DNA from: an uncultured Methanosarcinaceae archaeon
Lineage (GTDB): Archaea > Halobacteriota > Methanosarcinia > Methanosarcinales > Methanosarcinaceae
Length of the DNA: 64,000 nt
Direction of reading: 5' to 3'
NCBI GenBank assembly: GCA_963833425.1
Contig: CAWHXP010000002.1
Span: 32,001-96,000 of the forward strand
Shown here: positions 1 to 11,266 of the stretch, piece after piece
Layout of the letters: every line of letters begins with the position of its first letter
How positions within the stretch are numbered: the first letter of the stretch is position 1
Made by a program: the position numbers and the translations under genes
Notes under the pieces: model-generated
Database searches by the model: none
The model's input: the letters and a program-made list of their open reading frames with translations, nothing else
What the model was told of the DNA's origin: nothing

Positions 1-426
1 AGAGACGTGCTTGGTCAGATGGAACTTGATGGACTGCTTTCGGAGAGAGAAAGTATCAACAAGCGAATTCAGGAACTTCTGGATGCGTACACAGACCCAT
101 GGGGGATTAAGGTTACAGGGGTTACTATTAGAGATGTATCATTGCCAGATACAATGAAAAGAGCAATTGCCAAACAAGCTGAAGCAGAGAGAGAGAAGCG
201 TTCAAGAGTAATCCTTGCAGAGGGAGAATCTCAAGCTGCCCAGAAAATGTCAGAAGCAGCAGCCTTCTATCAGGAAGTACCTACAGCAATCAAACTGAGG
301 GAACTGCAGACTCTTGCTGAGATTGCTAGGGAAAAGAATCTGATAGTTGTTACTCAGTCTCAAGCTCTTGAAACCGGAAACATAGCAGCCTTATCTCAGG
401 CTATTTCTAGAAAGAAAGAACAATAA
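1..426 (+). CDS. SPFH/band-7 (stomatin-like) protein, 5' part outside window
   Basis: DPWGIKVTGVTIRDV, QAEAEREKR and LRELQTL motifs; directly upstream of nfeD. Confidence 0.93.
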   Translation, partial: RDVLGQMELDGLLSERESINKRIQELLDAYTDPWGIKVTGVTIRDVSLPDTMKRAIAKQAEAEREKRSRVILAEGESQAAQKMSEAAAFYQEVPTAIKLRELQTLAEIAREKNLIVVTQSQALETGNIAALSQAISRKKEQ

Positions 427-451
427 AGGTGAAAAAAGAGTCTGAAGAAAA

Positions 452-1783
452 GTGACGATCAAGAAAGGGCCGACAAACATGCTTATGGAAAGAGTTATAC
501 GTTTCCTCTTCGTTTTATTTTTATGCAACATTCTTATAGCCACCTCTGCTCACGTTGTTGGGGCAGAATCTGACAATAAGGTGCTTGTGCTTAAAATTTC
601 AGGGGCCATTACACCAGCTTCAGATGATATCATAGCTAATGCAATAGCGAAAGCTGAGAATGAAGGCTTTGAGGCTCTTGTAATTAGCCTTGACACACCT
701 GGGGGAGGGTTGGAAGAAACACAGGCAATCATAAAGAAAATTGGGAATGCAACAGTTCCTGTTATCGGATATGTACCTGATGGTGGAAAAGCTTGGTCAG
801 CTGGTACTTTTATTATGATGGGAACTGATATTGCCTCAATGGCTCCTTTCACTGTGATTGGGTCAGCACAACCAGTGCATATATCAGCAGAGGGAACAAA
901 ACCCATAGAAGACAAAAAGATAATAAATGCCCTGATCAAGTATTCAGTTACAACCGCCAGTAAACACATAAGAAATGAGACCTTTGCGGAAGAAGTTATA
1001 ACCAAAAATAAAAATATTGACGCTAAAGAAGCACTAAAAGCGGGTGTAGTAGACTATGTAGCTTCTTCTATCCCTGATTTGCTGACCCAGATCAATGGGA
1101 AGGTTGTGAAAGGAAAGATTCTCAGAACTGAAAGCTTCAGCATCGAAAATTATGAGCCTCCTTTCTCTCTTGTATTCTTGGAGCTGATCTCAAACCCAAT
1201 TCTCTCTTCTCTTCTATTAATCATTGGGTTTTACGCGATCGTCTTTGGAATTTCAAGTCCTGGATCAGGAGCAGAAGTTTTTGGGATTATTGCGATATTA
1301 CTTGGGCTAATAGGTACAGGGTTTAATATTAATATGGGTGCAATCTTCCTCATAATCACAGGGATAGGGCTTCTGATCCTGGAAATTAAGATTCCAAGCT
1401 TCGGAATTATCGGATTTGCAGGCTTAATCAGCCTTATAATAGGAAGTGTACTCCTTGTACCTATGGGAGATGAAAACATCTATATCCCCGAATTCAGGAG
1501 ACTTATGACTTTGACAGTTATCATCCCTACGGTAGTCTTCGGGCTTTTCCTTGTCTTCGCAATTTATAAAGTAACCAAGATCCGAAAGAAAAAACCAGTT
1601 ATAGGAACAATCATCGGCGATTTCGCTAGAACAATAGATCCTCTTGGACCAGGAAAGTCAGGATTCGTTCGGTATAATGGAGAATACTGGCAAGCTAGAT
1701 CTGAGGAAGAAATCGGAGTAAAAGAAAAAGTTGAAATAATTGGGAAAGAAAATGAAGTACTTCTAATAAAAAGAAAAACTTAA
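452..1783 (+). CDS. nfeD: NfeD family membrane-bound ClpP-class serine protease
   Basis: LDTPGG and AWSAG motifs, hydrophobic TM block, C-terminal OB fold (GEYWQARS). Confidence 0.93.
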   Translation: MTIKKGPTNMLMERVIRFLFVLFLCNILIATSAHVVGAESDNKVLVLKISGAITPASDDIIANAIAKAENEGFEALVISLDTPGGGLEETQAIIKKIGNATVPVIGYVPDGGKAWSAGTFIMMGTDIASMAPFTVIGSAQPVHISAEGTKPIEDKKIINALIKYSVTTASKHIRNETFAEEVITKNKNIDAKEALKAGVVDYVASSIPDLLTQINGKVVKGKILRTESFSIENYEPPFSLVFLELISNPILSSLLLIIGFYAIVFGISSPGSGAEVFGIIAILLGLIGTGFNINMGAIFLIITGIGLLILEIKIPSFGIIGFAGLISLIIGSVLLVPMGDENIYIPEFRRLMTLTVIIPTVVFGLFLVFAIYKVTKIRKKKPVIGTIIGDFARTIDPLGPGKSGFVRYNGEYWQARSEEEIGVKEKVEIIGKENEVLLIKRKT

Positions 1784-2058
1784 TACTTTCTTTATTTTAG
1801 TAAAATACCCCAAGCTTTCTGCTGGGTGGAATTTTGTGAAATTATAGAATCGTAGGGATAAATGGAATGAATATTCCTTTTTTGCAGCGGTATGAGCAGG
1901 TGCATCACTCCAGTAAAAGAGAATGATTCTGGAAAATCAAATAGAAATTTGGAAATAGGAATTCGGTTATACAGAAATCTTCGCTAAACCCACAATAGTT
2001 ATATTTTAATCCAGAAACTCGACATTTATAATCCAACTAAAAGTATTTTTGTGTTGGT

Positions 2059-2253
2059 TTGAACTTGGAAAGCGAAAAGATAAAAATTGCGATAGCAAAT
2101 GTGTTAAAAAGATTGGACGTTGCCTATGTAGATGATGACACATACAAACGGCTAGTCAACATTGGCTTACAGTATGACTATATTGAAAGTGAACTCTTGG
2201 AACAACTGATTGAAGCTGAACTTATTATGCTGTTAGATAGACGTATATTTTGA
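2059..2253 (+). CDS. small hypothetical protein
   Basis: 64-aa ORF with TTTATAA ~35 nt upstream; family not recognised. Confidence 0.5.
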   Translation: MNLESEKIKIAIANVLKRLDVAYVDDDTYKRLVNIGLQYDYIESELLEQLIEAELIMLLDRRIF

Positions 2254-2482
2254 GAGCTTTCGAAACTATTTTTAATTTATTTTCTTATATTGGTGAATTA
2301 TATATAATGGAATTAAGATGTATGGACGAAGTTTTTTCTCCTGAACTATCAAAGGAAAAATTGTAAAAGAAGAGTATTTATTCTAAATTACAGAAAATCG
2401 TAATTGCTGATCTTGGATAAAATGTTATATATCTATAAGTCATAAAAGGTTAAAGGGTTGTTTATTTATCCAGGATGCTTTT

Positions 2483-3655
2483 ATGAAATATATTTACCAG
2501 GACTCTACGGAACTGCCTGTACAGCGGGATTTCATTGAGGATCTGAAAACATTTTTAGATATTACTTCCAAGGTAATTCCTCTGGAGAATTCCATAATAG
2601 AAATTAAATGTAAACATAAAGAAGCTGTCTATTCATTGAACAACAGAATACATGGAATGAATAACTTTGAAGATAAACTCAAAGTATTAATTAAAGGATT
2701 AGTGAACGAAGTAGATATTGATGATGTTGTACCTTGCGCCAATACAATACTCCAAACCTGCAGTGAAAATCTTGGGAAAAAAAAGGAAGTACTTGAAGCA
2801 GAGTGCAGAAAAATAGAAAATGGAACTGCTAATGAATATAGAAAATTTGAAATCAGAATCCTGGAGGTTCTCAACAGATTTTTAATCTCAGGAATTTACG
2901 GAGCTGAAAAGAGGTTTGAGCTTTCTAGCGGTGTAAATGGTGTTTCAGGGAAAATGGAGGGTTATGTATCAGGTCTTCAATACTGCTATACCCTCGGATT
3001 CACAGAAGAGTCACTGACAGTAGATAAACTTATTGGAAATTTGAGCCTACCCGGCTGGACACGTACAGGTATCCTGAGAAAAGAAGAAAAAATAAAAATG
3101 CAAGATATTTCCGAGTTCCTTGTAAGTTTTCTAGAATACGACAGCCAGAAAAACATCCGCATAATCCTTGAAAGCAAAAAAGCAAATCGAAAATTCAGGA
3201 TAGAGGGAAATATGTTAAAATATTTTGTATATGATGCTGATAAGGAAATTACAGCCGACAAAGAACTAGGGGTCTTTGTCGACATGAAAAATTTAGCGAA
3301 AATCCCGGAAAAAATTCAGGCTTATCTTAGGACAAATATTCGCAGTTATATTCTATCAAATGTTTTGCTTGACGAGGAGGATGCTGTCTCAACCAATCAG
3401 ATATTTGACTGTCTGAAAGTAATTGCTGAGCAATATGGTGTAATCTTTCAGGAATGTCTAGCAAAAGGATGCAATAAAGAAGAAATAATCATCAAAATGG
3501 AAGAAGCTGATGGGAAAAGGGCAGAAAAGTATATATCCAGGGCCGAGATTTACGCACAACTCGCAGAGGTTGGGAGCGAAGGTGTAGAGATTGCTGGAAT
3601 ACTTGGGGTAGATAGCAAAGTCCAAATGAAAGATAAAAATTACCTGATTGTCTGA
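2483..3655 (+). CDS. hypothetical protein, 390 aa, helical/coiled-coil N-terminus
   Basis: Long intact ORF with upstream TTATATA box; no recognisable motif. Confidence 0.8.
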   Translation: MKYIYQDSTELPVQRDFIEDLKTFLDITSKVIPLENSIIEIKCKHKEAVYSLNNRIHGMNNFEDKLKVLIKGLVNEVDIDDVVPCANTILQTCSENLGKKKEVLEAECRKIENGTANEYRKFEIRILEVLNRFLISGIYGAEKRFELSSGVNGVSGKMEGYVSGLQYCYTLGFTEESLTVDKLIGNLSLPGWTRTGILRKEEKIKMQDISEFLVSFLEYDSQKNIRIILESKKANRKFRIEGNMLKYFVYDADKEITADKELGVFVDMKNLAKIPEKIQAYLRTNIRSYILSNVLLDEEDAVSTNQIFDCLKVIAEQYGVIFQECLAKGCNKEEIIIKMEEADGKRAEKYISRAEIYAQLAEVGSEGVEIAGILGVDSKVQMKDKNYLIV

Positions 3656-3769
3656 ATATTTATTTTGCTTTTAATTATATTCGCTATCTAGGAATTACCT
3701 ATTACAAACGGCTTTTTCATAGACCAAGGCGTAAAATCACTGGGTCTTCAGTCAGTGGTTGTGAGCGTC

Positions 3770-4165
3770 AACTTCAACCGCGGTTCCTTATGTAATTTTT
3801 GGCTACTTTTTGCTAACGTTGTGATAGAAGACGCGAAATATCCTTCACTCCATAATGTAGTTCTTTACAATAGTATTTTTTCAAATTCTCTTTTTGAGCT
3901 TTCCATGGCCTAATTGTTGTCTCCGGTTTCAGTTTTCGAGTGATCTCTAGAGTAATGACTTTTGGCTTGATCTTAACGAGTAGACGGATTTGGTTTTTGT
4001 CCGTTTTCATTTCTAGTATTCCAAAATCTTCCTCGTTTTCGATGTCAGGGATTATCTGTTTGAGTTCTTAGTCAATCGGTTCTGGTATCTTTTTTTGAAA
4101 CTACGTACAAAGATCTCGTGATACATCCTCAAAAATTTATTATATTTCTTATGTTTGCACACTTT
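3770..4165 (-). pseudogene. tnpA: IS200-type Y1 transposase remnant
   Basis: KTDKNQIRLLV (degenerate HUH region), EITRKLK, LKKYY; broken frame. Confidence 0.75.
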
Positions 4166-4209
4166 ATTTACTGAAAGTTTATTTTATGCTAGAATATGTT
4201 ACTTATTGT

Positions 4210-5200
4210 CTGGTGAAAGAATTCACTTTAAGCTATATCCAACAATTATCAATCAAACCGACTTAATTAACATATTGATAGTTGTAGGTTTGTCTATGAT
4301 TAAGCGCTTGATCAGAAAGTAAAAACCTATGAGCAAATCGAAAAATCAATTTCTAGGTTTGACTTAATAGAATGACTTTCAAATCTGAAAAAGCAAAATA
4401 AGTGGTTAGGAAACATCAATTTTCAACCACTTCAGAGTATGACTACAAAGGTAAAATTTGCATTCACTAGATTTTTTAAAGCAAAGAATGATTTTCCTAA
4501 ATTTGACTCAATGAAGAATCCAATTCAGTAATTCCCGATACACAATACGACAATGGATATTTTGAAAACAATACTATTAAGCTTCTTAAGATTGGAAAAA
4601 TCAAAGCAGTTTTTCACAAAACATTTGAAGGAAAATTAAAAATCGCTATTATTTCGAAGTCTTGACAGAAAGTACTTTGCCAGCATTTCAGCGGAAGATA
4701 GAAAAGAACTTCCAGTTAAACAAATGTTTCTGAATTTACGACTATTGACATGGGCTGTGGGATAAAAGATTTTGCTGTTATGTCAACTGATAAGAAGGTT
4801 AAATCCGGAGTACTTAAAAACTATTCAAGGACTTTTATATTACTCCCAAAAATAGTTATTTTAAAACAGAACTGTTCTAAAAACAGAGAAAAAGCCCACA
4901 AATACTTGCTGTACTTCACTAGAAAATAACAAATAAGAGGAAATTTTCAACCCAAAACTCTCTTTTAAACTTATTAGCGAGAATCAAGCAATCGCTTTTG
5001 AAACTCTGAATGTTAAGACATGATTACGAATCATCATTCAACTCAGTCTATAATTTTTATGAGTCCCATCACTCTGAGCTAACACTAAAATATCGAGATT
5101 GTAAATGTCCTGATTGCAAACAAAACATGATAGAGACATTAATGCAATAATTAACATCAAAAAATTCGCTCTCATTGATCAAAATTTAATTAAAATCTGA
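4210..5200 (+). pseudogene. tnpB: TnpB remnant
   Basis: GCGIKDFAV, ENQAIAFETLNV and HDRDINAIINIK segments with many stops and frameshifts. Confidence 0.85.
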
Positions 5201-5292
5201 CATCTGTTAAATACAGGGATGTGCTTTGGGTCTTATTCTCAAAAAAATTAGAATGAACCAAGAAGCAACCTAGTCTTCAGCTGGGTTGTAGT

Positions 5293-6168
5293 TCACAGTT
5301 TTATTCTACTTTTTGCATGGGAAGCTATGAATTCTCTCATAACTTTTGCTCCTAGCATTGCAGTTTGCCCTGAATCATATTCTGGGGCAATTTCTACAAT
5401 ATCAAAACCCATTGTAAAAGGAGCAAGAGTTCTGACTGCGGTTCTGATATCTCTTGCACTCATTCCGAAAGGTTCTGGGGTACCCAAACCTGGGGCGTAA
5501 GCCGGGTCTATAGCATCCATATCAAGGGAAAAATATAGTTGTCTGCAGTTAAGCCATTCAATAGCTTTTTTGAGCACTTCTTCAATACCTATACATTCTA
5601 TATCATCGGCTGTATAATACTTCAGGTTATTTTCCCTTGCGAAATTCCACTCTTCTTCCGAGCCGCTTCTGATTCCGATAAAGACTATATTTTTCGTAAT
5701 CTGATTAAGAATATTTCTAGACACACAAGCGTGGTTGTGCTCGAATCCCCTATACTCTTCCCTCAGGTCTAAATGGGCATCAAAAATAAGGACTCCAAAA
5801 TCCTCTTCCGCGAATTCGGAACATGCCTTTACCGTAGCAAAGGTAAGGGAATGCTCCCCTCCAAGCATAATGGGAAATTTCCCATCTCTCAGGATGTTCT
5901 TTGTGACTTCGTGAAGGCTTTGCAAAGTCTTATTAACCGAGGCTGAAGTTTCAAGGTTTCCTGCATCATAGATAGGGAGGTCTACAAGATCGATATCGAA
6001 AGTTGGGTTATAGCTCTCGAAATTTGCAGAGACCTGTCGTATGGCTTCCGGAGCCCAGCGGCTGCCTGCCCGATAGGAGGAGGTATTGTCAAAAGGCACG
6101 CCGAAGATAACATAATATGCAGATTTATAGTCTGCAAGAGCATCTACAAAGGAATTAGGTAAAAACAT
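5293..6168 (-). CDS. speB: agmatinase
   Basis: GGEHS, DAHLD and SLDMDAIDPAYAPG ureohydrolase motifs. Confidence 0.95.
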   Translation of the reverse strand: MFLPNSFVDALADYKSAYYVIFGVPFDNTSSYRAGSRWAPEAIRQVSANFESYNPTFDIDLVDLPIYDAGNLETSASVNKTLQSLHEVTKNILRDGKFPIMLGGEHSLTFATVKACSEFAEEDFGVLIFDAHLDLREEYRGFEHNHACVSRNILNQITKNIVFIGIRSGSEEEWNFARENNLKYYTADDIECIGIEEVLKKAIEWLNCRQLYFSLDMDAIDPAYAPGLGTPEPFGMSARDIRTAVRTLAPFTMGFDIVEIAPEYDSGQTAMLGAKVMREFIASHAKSRIKL

Positions 6169-6245
6169 ATTATAACCTGATTAAAATGATTTGCTTAAAA
6201 AATTGGTTCAGGATGTTAACCTGGGTCTTCACCTGATTCTAACAT

Positions 6246-6632
6246 TTATGCTCGTATATCGAGTTTGATCTTTCCAAGAGCCGTGATATATGAAATCTCT
6301 TCGCCCTCTTTGACTTTATCCTTATACTCATCAGGAATTATAATTTCAAATGTCGAAAAATCTCCCATGTCCATAAGTTGGGCGATGTTACTGGTAATTG
6401 AGATAATCTGCGCACTCTTTCTTTCCACTATCGGCACGTATATTTTGTTTGAAACTGAACCTATATAGGATCGCTTCTGGCCGTCAAAGAGACCAATAGC
6501 TTCGATCCTGGCCTTTGCAGATCCATGTTTCCCGGGTTTAGATTTCGTAATGCTCTTTATGATACTAGCTTCGTCGTCGATTATTGCATATTTCCCTTCT
6601 TTAAGATCCTTTACTTCTACCTGCTGTTTCAT
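6246..6632 (-). CDS. eif5a: translation factor aIF-5A
   Basis: SKPGKHGSAK hypusination motif. Confidence 0.97.
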   Translation of the reverse strand: MKQQVEVKDLKEGKYAIIDDEASIIKSITKSKPGKHGSAKARIEAIGLFDGQKRSYIGSVSNKIYVPIVERKSAQIISITSNIAQLMDMGDFSTFEIIIPDEYKDKVKEGEEISYITALGKIKLDIRA

Positions 6633-7159
6633 AGCGATTCTCCCATACATCTGAAATATGCCTTAAATAAGGCTCCATAAATATCAGTAAACGTCATACT
6701 GGATTTGCTGGAAAAACTTTTCCAGAATTTAGTCCTATGAAGTAGTACAAGAAGGCTTTTCTAATTTTTAAGCCGGTCTCTTTTTCATTTTATACTGTGC
6801 TGACTTCTAGTATAAATGAACTGAATTTGTTCTTTACTTGGGCGCCTGTAGAATTAATCTGCAGGTAGACAAGTAATACGTTAATTATCCTTGACTATAT
6901 AACGCTTGTGCGAAATTTTGCTTTTTTAGACTAACTTCCAGACAAAAATAGCCTAACTATTAAGAAAATACTTCAAAGATTTTAATTTAATCTGGGTCTT
7001 AAAACTTACTATTGAGATATTTTGTATTATTTAATGGGTTTTTGATTGATTTCAGCCAATTTCCAGTGAAACTAAGTGTAAATTTTTATGATACTAAGAG
7101 GTTTCAGAAAGTATCATTTTTCTAAATTATTAAGTATTAATTTTTAATGTGAAGACTAA

Positions 7160-7249
7160 GGGGATTTCGATAAACCCTTAAATTTAGTCATATGCTTATA
7201 AATTGCATATAAATTACTCGTGAAAAATAAGAAATTTATTGAAATCCTC
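7160..7249. mobile_element. ~90-bp MITE, IS5-type TIR family
   Basis: GGGGATTTCGATAAA...TTTATTGAAATCCTC; matches the TIRs of the IS5 element at 27584-28718. Confidence 0.8.
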
Positions 7250-7332
7250 TCTAGCCAAAATCCTGTGACCTGAGTCCGAAGGACTGGATAACCGGAACAG
7301 CTTTAAAGTTTATAACTTAATTACTTCTCCTC

Positions 7333-7812
7333 ATGAATTGCTATATAAAAAGACTTACAAAGGTTCGTATGATGGCGGATTATCAGTTTGGGAAAAATGT
7401 TGGGAAAGAACTTTTTCCTGATGGGGTGACATTTCAGATATCTCGGACTAAAAGAGTACGGCAAGTCTTCAGCTCTGGAAACCGCATAGCTACTGCAAGA
7501 GCAAGAGACGGTTTTTTTACCCTTAGTATTGAAGGAGCTTCCGTTGTTCATAGGCTTTTGCCCGGAAAAAAACTCAGAGTCGTTATTTTGAAAGAAGCTG
7601 TTCCTTTTGTGGAGAAAGGTAAAACCGCTTTTATAAAACACGTGATTGAGATTGATCCGGAACTCCGGGCCGGGGAAGAAGTACTTTTGACAGACGAAGC
7701 TGATAGACTTCTCGCAACAGGGCAACTACTCCTGTCCCCTGCAGAGATTTTGGCTCTTGACAGTGGGGCAGCTGTGGATGTAAGGGTAGGAGTTGCTTCG
7801 GAAAAAAGTTAA
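7333..7812 (+). CDS. PUA-domain RNA-binding protein (similar to archaeosine TGT C-terminus)
   Basis: ADYQFG, DGFFTLSIEGA, GKTAFIKHV...LRAGEEV. Confidence 0.88.
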   Translation: MNCYIKRLTKVRMMADYQFGKNVGKELFPDGVTFQISRTKRVRQVFSSGNRIATARARDGFFTLSIEGASVVHRLLPGKKLRVVILKEAVPFVEKGKTAFIKHVIEIDPELRAGEEVLLTDEADRLLATGQLLLSPAEILALDSGAAVDVRVGVASEKS

Positions 7813-7830
7813 CAAGCTTCAGAAAACAAA

Positions 7831-7919
7831 GAGAAGTTCGATAAATTATTATTTTTCACGATTAATTTATGTGCAATTTATAAGCCTATACTAAATTTAA
7901 GGGTTTATCAAAATTACCC
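7831..7919. mobile_element. MITE copy, inverted relative to 7160
   Basis: Reverse complement aligns along its length with 7160-7249. Confidence 0.8.
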
Positions 7920-8416
7920 AAATTTTGAAGAAGTATTGAGTGTATGATATCAAAAATAATTATTAGTCTAGCATGACAGTTATGTTGACTTGCAAGTACT
8001 TTCACTTATTTGTGTATATACTTAGAATAATTTCATGTCTGTTTTCATGCTGAAAGTAAATACTTTTTAATTTTTGGATAACGTATAGTTGGATTGATAC
8101 TATTTTTATTATTTGAATGTTCTTAAGTAAACGGAAAAAATGAATAAGAATATATTGTAGACGGTTATTTTTGATAAATATAATCAAAAAAACAGATCAT
8201 ATTCTTGAGTTATTGATCAAATTTGAAAAACGAGTACCTTAATTTATGGTTAAATGTGGAAAAAGTTTCTGGTTTTGCTGTTTTCAATAACTCATTGATA
8301 CGATCAAAAAGTAGATAATGGATATTTCAAAAAACAGTCACTAAATCGTATTCTATATTCGTATATCCGAAAATTCAAGTAGATAAAAGAATCATATAAT
8401 AGTTCCCCAGGAGAGT

Positions 8417-9560
8417 GTGAAATATTCCAGAGCCAGATCAGATTTTAAAAAACCTCTTGGTTCCAGATAATACTAGAATCGAAGCAAATAGGATTATAGT
8501 TGGTGGGGACGTTATTGTTGGCAATCACTCAAGCATTAAATATAGCATACTCGGGGATACTGTCATTATGGGAGAAGGAGTTAGCGTTTCCGGGGATATA
8601 TTGGCAAGGTCCGATATCAGAGTTGACATGTGGTCTAAACTGGGGAGTAGTGTAGAAGTCGGCAAAAATGCTTATCTAGGGGAATTCGTAACCATTGACG
8701 GAAAACTGGTAGTAGAACGGGACCTAGACGTAGGAAAAGAAGTTAAAATCAGAGGGGGATTCGAGGTCAAAGGATGGATCATGGTAAGGAATCCAGTTCC
8801 TGTAATTATTTTTATATTTCTTTACATAAGAGAAATGATGCATCTCGGAAAAGGCGAGGAAATAGAGAAAGCCATAGAAGAACTATTTGAAGATCCAGAA
8901 GATTTTCAGGGTATTGAAGGACAAGAGCTTAGTGAAAAGGTATTGATTATCCCTGCCGGCGCAAAAATTTCCCCCCAAGCAATTGAAGTCACTGGAGACG
9001 TTGTTATCGGAAGTAGTTGCCTTTTAATAGGAGATATCAGAGCACAGGCAGTAGAGGCTGGAAAAAATATGGTACTAAAGGGAAGTATTTATTCAGAGAG
9101 AAATATCAGCATAGGTGGGAACAGTACTGTTTATGGGAATCTCTCTTCAAAGGGGCAGGTAAATATCGGCCAAAACAGTCGGGTCTTTGGGGGTATAAAA
9201 GCCGATTCAGTATTATTGCACGAAAATGCAATTGTAGACGGCACAATAAAGGCACCTTCAGGAGTATCTTTCTTGCGGGAAGCTGCGGAAAGACCACAAG
9301 TTCTTGCAGAAATTAATGTTTTAGGAAATGAGATTAAAAATGATATAATTGGGCAGAGCAGAAGCGAACCTCAAAGTGAACGCTTAAAAACTATGGAATT
9401 AATCGAGATAAACTCAATAATTAAAAAAAGTACTAGAGGTAAAAAAACATTTGTATCTTGTAGAGAAGAAACATCTGCCAGAACTCAGGCGTTAGGTAGG
9501 ACTCGACGTATTGGAGGAGTAAGAAGATTTAGAAGAAAGCATGTAACTAGAAAACCCTAG
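8417..9560 (+). CDS. polymer-forming cytoskeletal (bactofilin-like) beta-helix protein
   Basis: Two blocks of V/I-x-G-x-I repeats separated by a hydrophobic segment; probable GTG start at 8417 after a GGAG RBS needs one +1 correction (ORF track starts at 8457). Confidence 0.75.
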
Positions 9561-10078
9561 AATTTGTCCTACTATGAGTGCCCTATTATCATGACAATAA
9601 TAATTATAGAATATGATTTGAATAGTTTCTAATAACTAGAAATGTGTCCAAAGCTTATTTGGATAATAAATCATTAAATGATTGCGATACCGAAGTGGCT
9701 TGCTCCCTACAATCTTTATTCTGTTCTTGATCGTTCATAAATCGGTATTTATTCTTAGACCAGATAATTCCATATATCATTAAACGAAAATGTATATGAT
9801 ATTTTTTTCATAGGGAACAGTAACATTTTTAGGATAGCAGGGGATTATGTGAGCTTCAGTGAAAATATAATTTAAACTAGCACCTGGAAAACCTCAGCTA
9901 CAACGTTTCAGAATTACTCAATGATGCTTTGAAACACAGTGTTCAATTCAACATCCATAGTTTAAATTATGGATTATAATCTAAGCTCTTGATATGTATC
10001 TTTGAGTTCATCAAATAAATTTCAAGGTCTCTATAATTTGGATTTTTTATCTTTACAAGTCTCAGGGAAGGAGTTCAT

Positions 10079-11266
10079 TTGACAGAGGATATTACGGGCC
10101 CTAAGGACCTACAGGCAATGTGTAATTTAGTTATGGATAAAGATTCTAAATACGTGATGCAAACCTATGGGCGCCAGCCCCTTGTACTCTCAAAAGGAAG
10201 GGGGGCACTTGTTCAGGATATTTATGGAAAGGAGTATATTGACTGTGTTGCAGGAATCGCAGTAAACAATGTTGGACATTGCCATCCGATAGTTGTCAGG
10301 GCAATACAGGCTCAGGCTGAGAAACTGATTCATGTCTCCAATCTTTATTATACCGAAATCCAGGCTGAACTTGCTGAAGCTCTGGTTTCAGTTACGGGTA
10401 TGGAACGTGTTTTTTTCTGTAATTCCGGAACTGAAGCCGTGGAAGGCGCAATGAAACTAGCCCGTTTAGTTTCTGGGAAAAGCACTTTTGTAGCGGCTGA
10501 ACATTCTTTTCACGGCCGAACTATAGGGTCACTCAGCGTTACTCACAAGGATATTTATAGGGTTCCATTCATGCCTCCTGTTAGTTCTGAGACTGTTTTT
10601 GTTCCATATTCAGATACCAATGCCATCAGGCAGGCGATTTCGGAAAATACTGCAGCAGTTATCCTTGAACCTATCCAGGGGGAAGGAGGGGTAAATATAC
10701 CGGATCCTGGATACCTCAAGGAGGTAAGGGAGATATGCAATGAAACCGGAGTCTTTCTTATATTTGACGAAGTACAGACAGGTTTTGGAAGAACAGGCAC
10801 ATGGTTTTGTAAAGAGCAATTCGGAGTTGAGCCTGACATCTTGAGTCTGGCAAAAGCAATCGGAGGAGGTTTTCCTATGGGTGCCATCACTACCAGTGGA
10901 ACTCTCAGTTTCGGCATCGGTCAACACGCTTCTACTTTCGGAGGCTCCCCTCTCGCCTGTGCGGCCGCCCTTGCTTCAATTGAAGCAATTAAGGAAGAAG
11001 GACTCCTTAGGCGCTCGATGGAACTCGGGACCTATTTTATGGAAAAACTGAAGGGTATGGAAAGGGAAGATGTTGTGGAGGTACGCGGGAAGGGACTCAT
11101 GATAGGAATCGAGATAAAATATCCCTGCAGCAAGTTTGTAGATTTTGCAAGGGAGAACGGCGTACTCTTAAATTGCGTATCTGATTCAGTGCTTCGTCTG
11201 GTTCCTCCGCTAGTAATTACGAAAGAGCAGATTGATAGGGTAGTTGATATCCTTGAGCAGGCCTGA
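10079..11266 (+). CDS. argD: acetylornithine aminotransferase
   Basis: [31 protein letters not shown]. Confidence 0.93.
   Translation: MTEDITGPKDLQAMCNLVMDKDSKYVMQTYGRQPLVLSKGRGALVQDIYGKEYIDCVAGIAVNNVGHCHPIVVRAIQAQAEKLIHVSNLYYTEIQAELAEALVSVTGMERVFFCNSGTEAVEGAMKLARLVSGKSTFVAAEHSFHGRTIGSLSVTHKDIYRVPFMPPVSSETVFVPYSDTNAIRQAISENTAAVILEPIQGEGGVNIPDPGYLKEVREICNETGVFLIFDEVQTGFGRTGTWFCKEQFGVEPDILSLAKAIGGGFPMGAITTSGTLSFGIGQHASTFGGSPLACAAALASIEAIKEEGLLRRSMELGTYFMEKLKGMEREDVVEVRGKGLMIGIEIKYPCSKFVDFARENGVLLNCVSDSVLRLVPPLVITKEQIDRVVDILEQA

Larger units (their letters stand above)
3721..5296. mobile_element. Decayed IS200/IS605-family element with divergent tnpA and tnpB pseudogenes
   Basis: Related end hairpins CACTG-GGTCTTCAGT-CAGTG (~3738) and CAACC-TAGTCTTCAGCTG-GGTTG (~5267), ending in TTCAC; TnpA-like frames on minus, TnpB-like frames on plus. 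Confidence 0.85.

Noticed and set aside
550..1479. Antisense ORFs here and over argD, pta, ackA, the esterase and YVTN genes
   Set aside because: Shadow frames of well-supported genes with no motifs of their own
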